Made by a program: the position numbers and the translations under genes. A model generated the notes under the pieces. It was not told where the DNA came from. It searched no databases and saw only the letters and a program-made list of their open reading frames with translations. Positions 1 through 10,009 of a DNA stretch of 64,000 bases are shown in pieces. The DNA comes from Gammaproteobacteria bacterium. GTDB lineage: Bacteria > Pseudomonadota > Gammaproteobacteria > Steroidobacterales > Steroidobacteraceae. The stretch lies in assembly GCA_016874295.1 (NCBI GenBank), contig VGUH01000002.1:74344-138343 (forward strand). Reading direction: 5' to 3'. Every line of letters starts with the position of its first letter. The stretch's first letter is position 1.

Positions 1-273
<273 letters not shown>

Positions 274-1659
274 TCAGCCGACGCCGATCTCGCGCGCCGT
301 CAGGTCGAGGCAGAGCCTCGCCTTGGTGACCAGCTCGTCTACGTTTTCCTTGGTCATCACGAGCGGCGGAGCCATGATCATGGTGTCGCGCACGGCGCGC
401 ATGATCAGGCCGTTCCTGAAGCAGTGCTCGCGGCACACCAGGCCGACCGCGCCGCGATTGCGGAAGAACGTCCGGCTGCCCTTGTGCGCGACCAGCTCGA
501 TCGCGCCCAGCATGCCGATGCCTCGCACCTCGCCGACCAGCTTGTGGTCCGCGAGCTCGCGGATGCGCTTCTGGAAGTAAGGCGCGGTCTCCTCGCGCGT
601 GCGCTCGACGATCTTCTCGCGGCGCATGATATTGATGTTCTCGATCGCGACCGCGCAGCACACCGGGTGCCCGGACCAGGTGAAGCCGTGCGCGAACTCG
701 CCGCCCTTCTCGATCAGCACGTCCGCCACCCGGTCCGACACCATCGCCCCGCCGAGCGGCTGGTAGCCGGACGTGAGGCCCTTGGCGATGGTCATGAAGT
801 CGGGTTCGATGCCGTAATAGTCGCTGCCGAACCATTGCCCGGTGCGGCCGAAGCCGCAGATCACCTCGTCCGCGATCAGGAGGATCCCGTACTCGCGGCA
901 GATCCGCTGGATTTCGGGCCAGTAGGTCGACGGCGGCACGATCACGCCGCCCGCGCCCTGGACCGGCTCGCCGATGAAGGCGGCGACGCGCTCCGGCCCG
1001 AGCTCCTCGATCTTCTCGGCGAGGCGTCGCGCGGCGCGCAGGCCATATTTCTGCGGCGAGACGTCGATACCGTTCTCGTACCAGTACGGCTGCTCGATGT
1101 GCACGATGTCCGGTATCGGCAGCCCGCCCTGCGCGTGCATGAAGGCCATGCCGCCGAGGCTGGCCGCCGCCACGGTGCTGCCGTGGTAGGCGTTCACGCG
1201 GCTGATGACGACCTTGCGTTGCGGCTGGCCGAGCAGCTCCCAGTAGCGGCGCGCCATGCGCAGGATCGTGTCGTTCGCCTCGGAGCCCGACTGCGTGAAG
1301 AACACGCGGTGGAACTGCGGCGGCGTCAGCTCGTCGAGCAGCTGCGCCAGCTCGATCGCGGGCGTGTGCGAGCTCTTGAAGAAGCTGTTGTAGTACGGCA
1401 GCTCCTTCATCTGGCGCGCGGCGACGTCGGCCAGCTCGTGCCGCCCGTAGCCGATGTTCACGCACCAGAGCCCGGACATCGCGTCCAGGATCTTCTGGCC
1501 CTCGGAATCGTAGAGGTGCACACCCTCGGCGCGCGTGATGATGCGCGCGCCCTCCGCGGCCAGCGCGCGGAAATCCGTGAACGGGTGCAGGTAGTGCCGG
1601 GAGTCGAGCTCCTGCCAGTCGCGTGTTCCGCGTGCGGTGATCTTCGGCTTCGCACTCAT
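274..1659 (-). CDS. spuC: Class-III PLP aminotransferase, putrescine--pyruvate aminotransferase type
   Basis: 461-aa ORF with LWCVNIGYGR, GEPVQGAGGVIVPP, ADEVICGFGRTG and TIAKGLTSGYQPLG (PLP-lysine region). Sits in a polyamine catabolic cluster. Confidence 0.8.
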   Translation of the reverse strand: MSAKPKITARGTRDWQELDSRHYLHPFTDFRALAAEGARIITRAEGVHLYDSEGQKILDAMSGLWCVNIGYGRHELADVAARQMKELPYYNSFFKSSHTPAIELAQLLDELTPPQFHRVFFTQSGSEANDTILRMARRYWELLGQPQRKVVISRVNAYHGSTVAAASLGGMAFMHAQGGLPIPDIVHIEQPYWYENGIDVSPQKYGLRAARRLAEKIEELGPERVAAFIGEPVQGAGGVIVPPSTYWPEIQRICREYGILLIADEVICGFGRTGQWFGSDYYGIEPDFMTIAKGLTSGYQPLGGAMVSDRVADVLIEKGGEFAHGFTWSGHPVCCAVAIENINIMRREKIVERTREETAPYFQKRIRELADHKLVGEVRGIGMLGAIELVAHKGSRTFFRNRGAVGLVCREHCFRNGLIMRAVRDTMIMAPPLVMTKENVDELVTKARLCLDLTAREIGVG

Positions 1660-1675
1660 GACAGGTTCCCCGGCG

Positions 1676-3010
1676 TCAGACGTTCAGCAGCAGGTGTTCC
1701 CGTTCCCACGAGCTGATCACCCGCGAGAACGTCTCGTACTCGTTTTCCTTCACCGCGCAGTATGCCGCAACGAAGCGCTCCCCGAACACCTCGACCAGCG
1801 GCTTGCTCGCCTGCAGCATCGCGAGCGCGTCGGCGAGCGAGCGCGGCAGCGAGAACGGCAGGTCGTAGGCGGATCCGGTGATCGGCGCGGTCGGCTTCAG
1901 CCCCTCGATCATGCCGAGGTAACCACAGGCGAGCGAGGCCGCGATCGCGAGGTAGGGATTCGCGTCGGCGCCGCCCAGGCGGTTCTCGACGCGCCGCGCC
2001 TGCGGCTCGGACACCGGCACGCGCAGCCCCGCGGTGCGGTTGTCGAAGCCCCACTGCACGTTGATCGGTGCCGAGTGATACCGGGTGATGCGCCGGTAGC
2101 TGTTGACATTCGGGCCGAACAGCGACATCGCGGACGGCAGGTACTTCTGCAGCCCCGCGATGAAAGACTCGAACAGCGCCGAGGGCTTGCCCTCCGCGTC
2201 GCTGAAGATGTTGTCCCCGGTCTTCGCGTCCACGATGCTCTGGTGGATGTGCATCGCGCTGCCCGGCTCGCCGGCGAGCGGCTTGGCCATGAAGGTCGCG
2301 TACATCTTGTGGCGCAGCGCGGCCTCGCGCGCGGTGCGCTTGAACAGGAAGGCCTGGTCGGCGAGGTCGAGCGCGTCGCCGTGGTTCAGGTTGATCTCCA
2401 TCTGCGCCGCGCCTTCCTCGTGGATCAGCGTGTCGATGTCGAGATCCTGCGCCTCGCAGAACTGGTAGATGTCGTCGAACAGCGGGTCGAACTCGTTGAC
2501 CGCCGCGATGCTGTAGGCCTGCCGGCCGATCTCCGCGCGGCCCGAGCGGCCGACCGGGGGCTTCAGCGGATAGTCGGGGTCGGTGTTCGGCTCGACCAGG
2601 AAGAACTCGAGCTCCGGGGCGACCACCGGCCGCCAGCCCTTCGCTGCGTACAGGTCGAGCACGCGGCGCAGCACGTAGCGCGGCGCCATCGGCACCGGAC
2701 GGCCGTCGTCGTAGAAGCAGTCGTGGATCACCTGCGCGGTCGGTTCCGCCGCCCAAGGCACGACGCGGATCGTATTCGGGTCGCCGGTCAGCGCGATGTC
2801 GATCTCGGACGGGTGGATCGAGCTGTCATCCGACGGGTACTCGCCGGTGACCGTCTGCAGGAAGATGGATTCCGGCAGGCGCATGCCCTCGTCTTCGGCG
2901 TACTTCGCCGCCGGCATCACCTTGCCGCGCGCGACGCCCGCCATGTCCGGGACGAGCGCCTCGACCTCGGTGATGCCATGGCCCTTCAGGAACTGCTGGA
3001 TGTCGCTCAT
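1676..3010 (-). CDS. puuA: Glutamine-synthetase-family gamma-glutamylpolyamine (gamma-glutamylputrescine) synthetase
   Basis: GS catalytic-domain motifs PELEFFL, MAKPLAGEPGSAMHIHQS, NSYRR, NRTAGLRVP, RVENRLGGADANPYL. I moved the start to ATG 3010 (MSDIQQFLK), which overlaps the puuD stop by 4 nt; the track ORF start at 3109 would run 100 nt into puuD. Confidence 0.85.
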   Translation of the reverse strand: MSDIQQFLKGHGITEVEALVPDMAGVARGKVMPAAKYAEDEGMRLPESIFLQTVTGEYPSDDSSIHPSEIDIALTGDPNTIRVVPWAAEPTAQVIHDCFYDDGRPVPMAPRYVLRRVLDLYAAKGWRPVVAPELEFFLVEPNTDPDYPLKPPVGRSGRAEIGRQAYSIAAVNEFDPLFDDIYQFCEAQDLDIDTLIHEEGAAQMEINLNHGDALDLADQAFLFKRTAREAALRHKMYATFMAKPLAGEPGSAMHIHQSIVDAKTGDNIFSDAEGKPSALFESFIAGLQKYLPSAMSLFGPNVNSYRRITRYHSAPINVQWGFDNRTAGLRVPVSEPQARRVENRLGGADANPYLAIAASLACGYLGMIEGLKPTAPITGSAYDLPFSLPRSLADALAMLQASKPLVEVFGERFVAAYCAVKENEYETFSRVISSWEREHLLLNV

Positions 3011-3759
3011 CGGGCGCGCCTCTTTGCGTGCTCGCGCCCTGCCTGCCCGAAGGCCGCAAACAGCGCGCGCGAGAACGGGTTTTCCATCACCTTCCACTCC
3101 GGGTGCCACTGCACGGCCAGCGCGAAGGTTTTCGCGCCGTCGATGCGGAAGGCCTCGATCACGCCGTCGCTCGCCGTCGCTTCCGCGACCAGGCGCGGCG
3201 CGAGGCGTTCGACGCCCTGCGAGTGCAGCGAGTTCACCCGCAGGGACCGGCCGCCGGCGATCCTGTGCAGCAGGCCGCCCTCGACCAGCGCGATCTCGTG
3301 CGCCGGGCCGTATTGCTCATCGAGCGGCTGCTCCTTGTCCTCGCGGTGATCGAGGTTGCCCGGCACATCCTGCAGTTTCTGCGTGAGCGTGCCGCCGAGC
3401 GCGACGTTGATTTCCTGGAAGCCGCGGCAGATACCGAAGATCGGCAGCCCGGCATCCAGGGCGCCGTTGATCATCGGCAGGGTCGTCGCATCGCGCTCCG
3501 GGTCGTGCCAGGTACCCGGCGCCGACTGCGGGCCGAGATAGCGGCGCGGCTCCACGTTGGAGGGGCTGCCGGTGAACAGGATCCCGTCGAAGGACGCGAG
3601 CCACTCCCGCAGGTGACGCTCACCCAGCGCCGGGATCAGGACCGGCACGCCATCCGCCGCCTGGACCACGGCATTGATGTACTTCTCGCCCACGCAATGG
3701 AACCAGTGCGAGCCCAAAAGGCGGCGGTCGGCCGGGATTCCGATGATCGGCTTGCGCAT
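3007..3759 (-). CDS. puuD: Gamma-glutamyl-gamma-aminobutyrate hydrolase (class-I glutamine amidotransferase-like, peptidase C26)
   Basis: 250 aa. GICRGFQ nucleophile-Cys motif, WHPE near the C-terminus, N-terminus MRKPIIGIPAD typical of PuuD/SpuA. Confidence 0.85.
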   Translation of the reverse strand: MRKPIIGIPADRRLLGSHWFHCVGEKYINAVVQAADGVPVLIPALGERHLREWLASFDGILFTGSPSNVEPRRYLGPQSAPGTWHDPERDATTLPMINGALDAGLPIFGICRGFQEINVALGGTLTQKLQDVPGNLDHREDKEQPLDEQYGPAHEIALVEGGLLHRIAGGRSLRVNSLHSQGVERLAPRLVAEATASDGVIEAFRIDGAKTFALAVQWHPEWKVMENPFSRALFAAFGQAGREHAKRRAR

Positions 3760-4010
3760 AGGGTTCTGTTAATTATTTTGAACGGACCCCGGTATTGAGG
3801 CCCGTTCCACGGGGCATATTGTCGCACAACCGGGGGTCCCGGCGCCCCGGGGGAATTCGGGGTCAAGCCCTATTCTGTCAGCCCACAAGCGGCCATTTCG
3901 ACCGGATTATGTTGCATCTCAGGAACCTTGCCGGCCACGCTCGGGGCTGGGTATCCTGCCTCGCGGCCATTCCCGGCTCGCGATACAAGATCTTAAACGC
4001 CCGGTGACGA

Positions 4011-5390
4011 ATGGCCCTGACCCGCGACGAGTTTTCCAATGCCGAGGCTTTCCTCGCCGCGCATCCCGCGGTGCGCGCGATCGACCTCCTGCTCCCGGAC
4101 TTGTCCGGTGTGCTGCGCGGCAAGCGCGTGGACAAGAGCGACCTCGCCGGCGTCTATCAGCGCGGCCTGTTCCTGCCGGGCTCGATGTTCGCCCTCGACG
4201 TGCTGGGCGGCGCGGTCCAGGCGACCGGTCTCGGCTTTGACGAGGGGGACGCCGACCGCGCCTGCGTCCCGGTCCCGAGGACCCTGTACCCCACGCCCTG
4301 GCTGGGCCCGGGCATCGCACAGCTGCAGGTGCAGATGCTCGACCACGACGGCGGCCTGTTCTACGGCGACCCGCGCCACGTGCTGGGCGCAGTGCTGCAG
4401 CGCTACGCGGCGCGCGGCTGGCAGCCGGTCATCGCCGTCGAGCTCGAGTTCTACCTGGTCGATGTCGAGCGCACGCCGGCGGGCCACGCGCAGCCGCCGA
4501 AGTCGCGCTACACCGGCCGGCGCGAGGCGCGCACCCAGGTGAGCTCGATGGCCGACCTCGAGTCGGTCTCCGACATCCTCGCCGAGATCAAGGCCACCTG
4601 CGAGGCGCAGGGCGTGCCGACCGGCGCCGCGCTCGCGGAGTGCGGCCCGAACCAGTGGGAGGTGAATCTCCGCCACGTCGACGACGCCCTCGAAGCCTGC
4701 GACCAGGCCATCCGCTTCAAGCGCATCGTCAAGGGCGTCGCGCACCGGAACGGCATCGAGGCGACATTCATGGCGAAGCCCTACGGCGACGCGCCGGGCA
4801 GCGGCATGCACCTGCACGTGAGCGTGCTCGACCGCGACGGGCGAAATGTGTTCGCCTCCGACGACGTGCTCGGCAACGACCTCCTGAAGCAGGCCGCGGC
4901 GGGACTGCTCGACACCATGGCCGACGGCATGGCGATCTTCGCCCCGAACGCGAACAGCTACCGGCGCCTGCGCCCCGAGCTGTACGTGCCGATGAACGCG
5001 ACTTGGGGCTACAACAACCGCGGTGTCGCGGTGCGCGTGCCGGTCTCGGGCTCAGTCGATCGCCGCCTCGAGCACCGCGTCTCCGGCGCCGACGCCAATC
5101 CCTACCTGGTCGCGGCCACGGTGCTCGCCGGCATGCTGCACGGCATCGAGAAGCGGCTGACGCCGGCCGCCCCGCTCAGCGGCAACGCCTACACGCAGCG
5201 CCTCACGGCGCCGCGGCTGCCGGCGGACTGGCCGACGGCGCTCGCGCGCTTCGGCGCGAGCGCCTTCATGGGCGAGTACTTCGGCGAGCGCTTCGTGACG
5301 CTCTACGAGCTGACCCGCCGCGGCGAGATGCAGGACTTCAACGCGCGCCTCACGGCGCTCGACTACAGCTTCTACCTGGAGCAGGTGTGA
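4011..5390 (+). CDS. Second glutamine-synthetase-family gamma-glutamylpolyamine synthetase paralog
   Basis: 459 aa with ELEFYLV, MAKPYGDAPGSGMHLHVS, NSYRRL, NNRGVAVRVP, RLEHRVSGADANPYL. Divergent from puuD across a 250-bp intergenic region. Confidence 0.8.
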   Translation: MALTRDEFSNAEAFLAAHPAVRAIDLLLPDLSGVLRGKRVDKSDLAGVYQRGLFLPGSMFALDVLGGAVQATGLGFDEGDADRACVPVPRTLYPTPWLGPGIAQLQVQMLDHDGGLFYGDPRHVLGAVLQRYAARGWQPVIAVELEFYLVDVERTPAGHAQPPKSRYTGRREARTQVSSMADLESVSDILAEIKATCEAQGVPTGAALAECGPNQWEVNLRHVDDALEACDQAIRFKRIVKGVAHRNGIEATFMAKPYGDAPGSGMHLHVSVLDRDGRNVFASDDVLGNDLLKQAAAGLLDTMADGMAIFAPNANSYRRLRPELYVPMNATWGYNNRGVAVRVPVSGSVDRRLEHRVSGADANPYLVAATVLAGMLHGIEKRLTPAAPLSGNAYTQRLTAPRLPADWPTALARFGASAFMGEYFGERFVTLYELTRRGEMQDFNARLTALDYSFYLEQV

Positions 5391-6667
5391 GCGAGCGGCC
5401 CGCCGACAGCTGGTACGAGGCCACCGCGCGACGCGACGCGCCGCTGCCCGCGCTCGAGGGCGACATCCAGGCCGACGTCTGCGTCGTGGGCGCCGGCCTC
5501 TCCGGCTGCTCGACCGCGCTGCACCTGGCCAAGCGCGGCTACAAGGTGGTCGTCCTGGAGGCCGAGCGCATCGGCTACGCCGCGTCGGGCCGCTCGGGCG
5601 GACAGATCATCCCGGGCTGGGCCGGCGGCATGGACAAGATCGCCGGACAGCTCGGCAAGGCTGACGCAAAGCGGGTCTGGGATTTCAGCATCGAGGGCAT
5701 CGAGCTGACGCGCGAGCTCATCGAACGGAACCGGATCGACTGCGACCTCGCCTGGGGCCACGTGCACGCCGCGCTGAAGCCGCGCCAGCGCCTGGAACTC
5801 CTCGACATGCAACGCGGGCAGGAGGGCGAATTCGGCTACCGCAAGCTGCGCTTCATGGAGCGCGCCGAAACCGAATCGTGGATCGCGAGCAAGCGTTACA
5901 TCGCCGGGCTCTACGACGCCGGCGCCGGGCACGTGCATCCGCTGCGCTACACGCTCGGCGTCGGCCGGGCCGCGATCGCGGCCGGCGCGCAGGTCTTCGA
6001 GAACAGCGAGGTCACCGGCCTCACCTACGGCCCGACGGCCACCGTCAAGACCGCCAAGGGAAGCGTCCGCGCCAAGTTCGTCGCGCTTTGCGCCAACGTC
6101 GGCCACGTCGGCCTGTCAGACCGCCTGGCGCGCAAGCTGATCGGCGTCGCCTCCTACGTCGTCGCGACGAAGCCGCTTGGCGAGGCGCGCGCCAGGGCGC
6201 TGCTCAAGGACAATATCGCGGTCGCCGACCTCAACTGGATCATTGACTACTACCGCCTCTCCGCGGACCAGCGGATGCTGTTCGGGGGCCGCGTCAGCTA
6301 CTCGGGCATCGACCCGCTCGGCACGACGCGCGCGACGCGGCAGCGCATGCTGAACGTGTTCCCGCAGCTCGCCGACGTCGAGATCGACTACGCCTGGGGC
6401 GGGATGATCGACATCACGATGAGCCGGCTGCCGAACTTCGGGCGGCTCGAGCCGAACGTTTATTACCTGCAGGGCTACTCCGGCCACGGCATGGTCGCGA
6501 CCACGATTGCAGGCCGCCTCGCCGCCGAGGCAATCGCCGGCCAGGCCGAACGCTTCGACGTCATGGCGCGCATCAGGCACCACGACTTCCCGGGCGGCCG
6601 GCTGTTGCGCCGCCCGACACTCGTGATGGCAATGACCTGGTTCCGGCTGCGGGACCTGCTGCCCTAA
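5387..6667 (+). CDS. puuB: FAD-dependent oxidoreductase, gamma-glutamylputrescine oxidase type
   Basis: GTG start at 5387 overlaps the upstream stop (GTGA). Dinucleotide-binding motif VCVVGAGLSGCSTAL. DAO-family length (426 aa) and polyamine-cluster context. Confidence 0.7.
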   Translation: MSERPADSWYEATARRDAPLPALEGDIQADVCVVGAGLSGCSTALHLAKRGYKVVVLEAERIGYAASGRSGGQIIPGWAGGMDKIAGQLGKADAKRVWDFSIEGIELTRELIERNRIDCDLAWGHVHAALKPRQRLELLDMQRGQEGEFGYRKLRFMERAETESWIASKRYIAGLYDAGAGHVHPLRYTLGVGRAAIAAGAQVFENSEVTGLTYGPTATVKTAKGSVRAKFVALCANVGHVGLSDRLARKLIGVASYVVATKPLGEARARALLKDNIAVADLNWIIDYYRLSADQRMLFGGRVSYSGIDPLGTTRATRQRMLNVFPQLADVEIDYAWGGMIDITMSRLPNFGRLEPNVYYLQGYSGHGMVATTIAGRLAAEAIAGQAERFDVMARIRHHDFPGGRLLRRPTLVMAMTWFRLRDLLP

Positions 6668-7866
6668 GACGCCCGATGGGGTCGGAAGGCGTCCAGGGAC
6701 TCGACGGGAGCGCCGGCCACGATTTCCTGCGCGATGCATTGGCCGACAATCGGCGCGAGCGTCACACCGCTGTGCATCACGGCGAGATAGACGTCCGGGC
6801 GCGCCGGCGAAGCGCCGAGCACCGGATAGCCGTCGAGCGGCATCGGCCGCCAGCAGATGCGCGCGTCCTCGAAGCGGGCCGCCGTCAGACCCGGCACGAA
6901 GCGCAGGGCCGCGAGGCGCATCCGCTCCGCGTGCTGGAGCGCAATTTCCTGTGCCGGGAATTCGCTCGGCTGTTCCTGCAGCCGCAGCGCGTGCGCCTCG
7001 GTCGCCGGCGGGCCAGCCTCCTCGCCCAGCACGATGCGGCCGTCGTCGCGTTGGTGGAGGTGCACGCCCGGCATCCACAGCACGCGCTGGACGAGGCGCG
7101 GCATCGGCCCGGTAATGACTGTGACTCCCGGCGAGTCGCGCTGCGGGACCTCCCAGTCCGCGAAGCGAAGGCTGGCATCGGCCGCAGCGCCGGTCGCGAG
7201 CACGAGGCGATCGGCGGCGATGTCGCCACGGTCGGTCTGCACCGCCCGGAGCCGGCCACCCGCGATGGCGACACCCGTCAGCTCGCAGGGATACGTGACA
7301 CGCGCACCGCGCGCGGTCGCCGCGTCGAGGAAGGCCCACGTCGCCGCGACCGGATCCGTCGCGCCGTCGTGCCCGGAGAACACGACTTTATTCAGCCCGG
7401 TGAAATCGACGTTCGGCTCGAGCGCCGCGAGCTCGGCGCCGGCGACGATCCGCGTCGCTTCGCCCCAGGCTGCCTGCTCCGCCACGCGCCCGGCGAGCGC
7501 CACCTCAAGTGTCGCGTCGGCAATGCCTTCGAGCGAACCGCCCCAGCGCACCGGCAGCTTCAATTCGGGCTGCAGTGACCGCCAGCGCGCGAGGCCCGCC
7601 TGGTTGAGCGCGTGGTAGGCCCGCGGCTGCTTCGACCAGGTGGCGTTGATCCAGGCGAAGGAGCCGCGGCTCGCGCGTGTCGCGGGGCCCGCGCGGTCGA
7701 TCACCGTGACGTCGGCGCCCGCCTGCGCCAAGTGCCAGGCCGCGGACGCGCCGATGATGCCGGCACCGGCGACGACCACCCGCAGCCGCGCCGCGGCGCC
7801 GGCCCGCGCCGCGAATGTCGCCGCGATGCCGAGTTGCAGGAAGCGGCGCCGGTCAAGAACGGTCAT
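6664..7866 (-). CDS. FAD-dependent oxidoreductase (DAO family) with twin-arginine signal peptide
   Basis: Start taken at ATG 7866 (MTVLDRRRFLQLGIAATFAARAGAA is a Tat-type signal), followed by VVVAGAGIIGASAAWHLA Rossmann motif. The track ORF start at 7941 lacks support. Confidence 0.7.
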   Translation of the reverse strand: MTVLDRRRFLQLGIAATFAARAGAAARLRVVVAGAGIIGASAAWHLAQAGADVTVIDRAGPATRASRGSFAWINATWSKQPRAYHALNQAGLARWRSLQPELKLPVRWGGSLEGIADATLEVALAGRVAEQAAWGEATRIVAGAELAALEPNVDFTGLNKVVFSGHDGATDPVAATWAFLDAATARGARVTYPCELTGVAIAGGRLRAVQTDRGDIAADRLVLATGAAADASLRFADWEVPQRDSPGVTVITGPMPRLVQRVLWMPGVHLHQRDDGRIVLGEEAGPPATEAHALRLQEQPSEFPAQEIALQHAERMRLAALRFVPGLTAARFEDARICWRPMPLDGYPVLGASPARPDVYLAVMHSGVTLAPIVGQCIAQEIVAGAPVESLDAFRPHRAS

Positions 7867-8242
7867 AGGCCTGCCGCTCGAACCAGTTGTCGCGGTAACA
7901 GCGCCGCCCGCAGGCGAGCTGCCAGAGGCTCGAGGCCGCATACGCCGGCAGGAACAGCGGTCCCCATTGCTCGTACTGGCGCACGTGCACGTGCTCGTGG
8001 GCGCGCGACGCCTCGAGCGCTGGCGCGTCGATGCCGAGGATCACGTGACCCAGCGTGATCGCGCGCCAAGGCAGCGCGATGCGCGCCGGGCCGAGCCAGG
8101 TTCCGACGAGGCCGCCGCCGACTTCCAGCACGCCGGCGACACGCCGTGCCTGGCCGCCGAGCAGCAAGACTGCGGCAGCAAGCATCAGCCCGATCGCTGT
8201 GTTCGGGCTCGCCCACGCGTACGACCCCAGTCTTCTCGTCAT
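7853..8242 (-). CDS. Small hypothetical membrane protein carrying an HExxH-like motif (HEHVH)
   Basis: 129 aa. Hydrophobic N-terminal segment AIGLMLAAAVLLLGG. RAHEHVHVRQYEQWGPLF resembles a minimal zinc-protease motif. Coding call rests on ORF length and the tight fit between neighbours. Confidence 0.45.
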   Translation of the reverse strand: MTRRLGSYAWASPNTAIGLMLAAAVLLLGGQARRVAGVLEVGGGLVGTWLGPARIALPWRAITLGHVILGIDAPALEASRAHEHVHVRQYEQWGPLFLPAYAASSLWQLACGRRCYRDNWFERQAYDRS

Positions 8243-8247
8243 GACTG

Positions 8248-8490
8248 CTACTTAAGAGCCGGCCGGCGGCGCCTGCGCCACTTGATCTGAAACTCGATCT
8301 CCTCCCCGATGTTGGAGCGCTCGTGCTCGACGTTGAACACCGCGCCGGCCGGAACGAAGACTCTCTCGCCGGCGATCTGAATCGCAAAACGACGGCCGGT
8401 CGCCACCGCATCCGCGAGGCGTCGCAGCTTCCTCGCAAACTCGGCATTCGAGTAGCCCTTCTCGATGTCCCGCATCCGCTTCGCCGCCAT
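8248..8490 (-). CDS. Amphi-Trp domain-containing small protein
   Basis: 80 aa; EFARKLRRLADAV...FAIQIAGERVFVPA...EIEFQIKW followed by an Arg-rich tail matches my memory of the amphi-Trp family pattern. Confidence 0.55.
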   Translation of the reverse strand: MAAKRMRDIEKGYSNAEFARKLRRLADAVATGRRFAIQIAGERVFVPAGAVFNVEHERSNIGEEIEFQIKWRRRRRPALK

Positions 8491-8503
8491 GCAACTGCCC
8501 CTG

Positions 8504-10006
8504 TCAGTGTTCCGGAACGACCACGCCGCGCACCCCGGACATTCGCAACCCGAGCTGCGGCAGTCCGAAGCGCGCGGTCTCGTCCACGATCTGGCCGAGG
8601 ATCTCGCGCGCCCTGGCCTCGTTGCTGACCAGTCGTGGAGTGCCGCTCGTCGTCAGCCGGTCGCCGTACCCGAGCTCCACCGGGTGCAGCACGATCTCGG
8701 CGAGCTCGCCGCCGGCAAAGCGGACTTCGGCGATCACGGTCTGGAAGGTGAAGGCGTTCGCGAAACTGCCCGTGTTGAGCGGCGCGGTCAGATCGTACTC
8801 CGTCACGCGCCCCGGATACACCCAGGTATTCTCCAGCAGCCCGCGGTTGCGCGCGAACAGGTCGTGCGGCAGGAGTTCCTGCACGTCGCTCCAGAAGAAG
8901 TTGCCGAGTCCGTAGAAGATCGGCCGCTTGCCGCGCGCGGGCGAATTGTAAATTTCGACTGGGCCGAGGTTGTGGTTGCCCGTGGTGACGAACACGTCGG
9001 CGCCGGAGTCGACGGCGCCGCGCGCCAGCTCCTTGAGGAAGTTCGCCGCGCCGCGCGGACTGCCGGAATCGTCGCAGCCGGTCGAGCACTCGTGCGCGTG
9101 AATCGCGGCGATCACGAAGTCCGCGTTCAGCTGCGCCGCGCGGATCGCGGCGTAGATCTCGCGCAGGTCCTCCGGATCCATCGCGTGCTCGCGCGAATAC
9201 CGGTCGGCCTCGCGGTATTGCGTGCCGAAGAGACTGCCCTGCTTCGGCACGTCCTTGCAGTTGACGCCGTGCAGCGCGCACTGCACCTGGGCGATCGCCT
9301 TGATCGCCGGGCGCGGCGCGAGCAGCGTCTCCTGCAGGTGCAGCGCGCTGAGGCCCGGACGTCCCGGTGCGGTCGGCGCCCGCGGCAGCGAGTTGCTGGT
9401 TGGCCGGAAGGTGGAGGCGAAGGAGACGACGGCGATGCGGCCCGCCGGGCTTTCGAAATAGGCGGGCGCGCGCGCGATCCCGTGCGTGTCGCCCGTGCCG
9501 GCGTGCGGGATGCCGGCCGCGTCGAGCCAGCGCGAGGTCTCGCGCATGCCCTCGAGGCCCCAGTCGAGGCTGTGATTGTTGGCACGGCCGACGATGTCGA
9601 AACCCATCGACTTCAGGTCGTGCGCGACCGCCGGCAGCGACGCGTTGGTCCAGTCGCCGTCCCAGGAATACGGCGAGCCCGTGAAGGTGCGCGGGTCGAA
9701 GATCGTGGTCTCGAGGTTGCCGAAGGTGACGTCCGTGCCGCGCAGGATCTCGAGGACTTTCGCGAACGCAGGCATGGACTCCGCCTGCTGCGAGAGCGGG
9801 CGCGAAATGATGAGGTCGCCGACCGCCGCGGCCGTGAAGCCGTCCGGCACGCTCGCCTGCATTTCGGCCGCAATCGGGCGTTTCGGATCGAGGCGGCTCG
9901 CGTCGCGGATGGTCGGGTCGGCCGGCCCGAAGGGCGGTTCGGCGGCGAACGCCGCGGGCGCGGCGACAGCGGCCAAAAGCGCGAGCAGCAAATGGTGTCG
10001 GTTCAT
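8504..10006 (-). CDS. CapA-family (poly-gamma-glutamate capsule synthesis-like) metallophosphatase-fold protein, secreted
   Basis: 500 aa. Signal peptide MNRHHLLLALLAAVAAPAAFA. Blocks FGNLET, GRANNHSLDWG, AIHAHE, TTGNHNLGP typical of the CapA/PGA_cap family. Confidence 0.7.
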   Translation of the reverse strand: MNRHHLLLALLAAVAAPAAFAAEPPFGPADPTIRDASRLDPKRPIAAEMQASVPDGFTAAAVGDLIISRPLSQQAESMPAFAKVLEILRGTDVTFGNLETTIFDPRTFTGSPYSWDGDWTNASLPAVAHDLKSMGFDIVGRANNHSLDWGLEGMRETSRWLDAAGIPHAGTGDTHGIARAPAYFESPAGRIAVVSFASTFRPTSNSLPRAPTAPGRPGLSALHLQETLLAPRPAIKAIAQVQCALHGVNCKDVPKQGSLFGTQYREADRYSREHAMDPEDLREIYAAIRAAQLNADFVIAAIHAHECSTGCDDSGSPRGAANFLKELARGAVDSGADVFVTTGNHNLGPVEIYNSPARGKRPIFYGLGNFFWSDVQELLPHDLFARNRGLLENTWVYPGRVTEYDLTAPLNTGSFANAFTFQTVIAEVRFAGGELAEIVLHPVELGYGDRLTTSGTPRLVSNEARAREILGQIVDETARFGLPQLGLRMSGVRGVVVPEH

Positions 10007-10009
10007 GGC

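Noticed and set aside
3760-4010. Sigma-54 promoter or defined PuuR-type operator in the puuD / GS-like divergent intergenic region.
   Set aside because: No TGGCAC-N5-TTGC arrangement has correct GG/GC spacing. Only short, weak inverted repeats are present. Nothing is supportable by eye.
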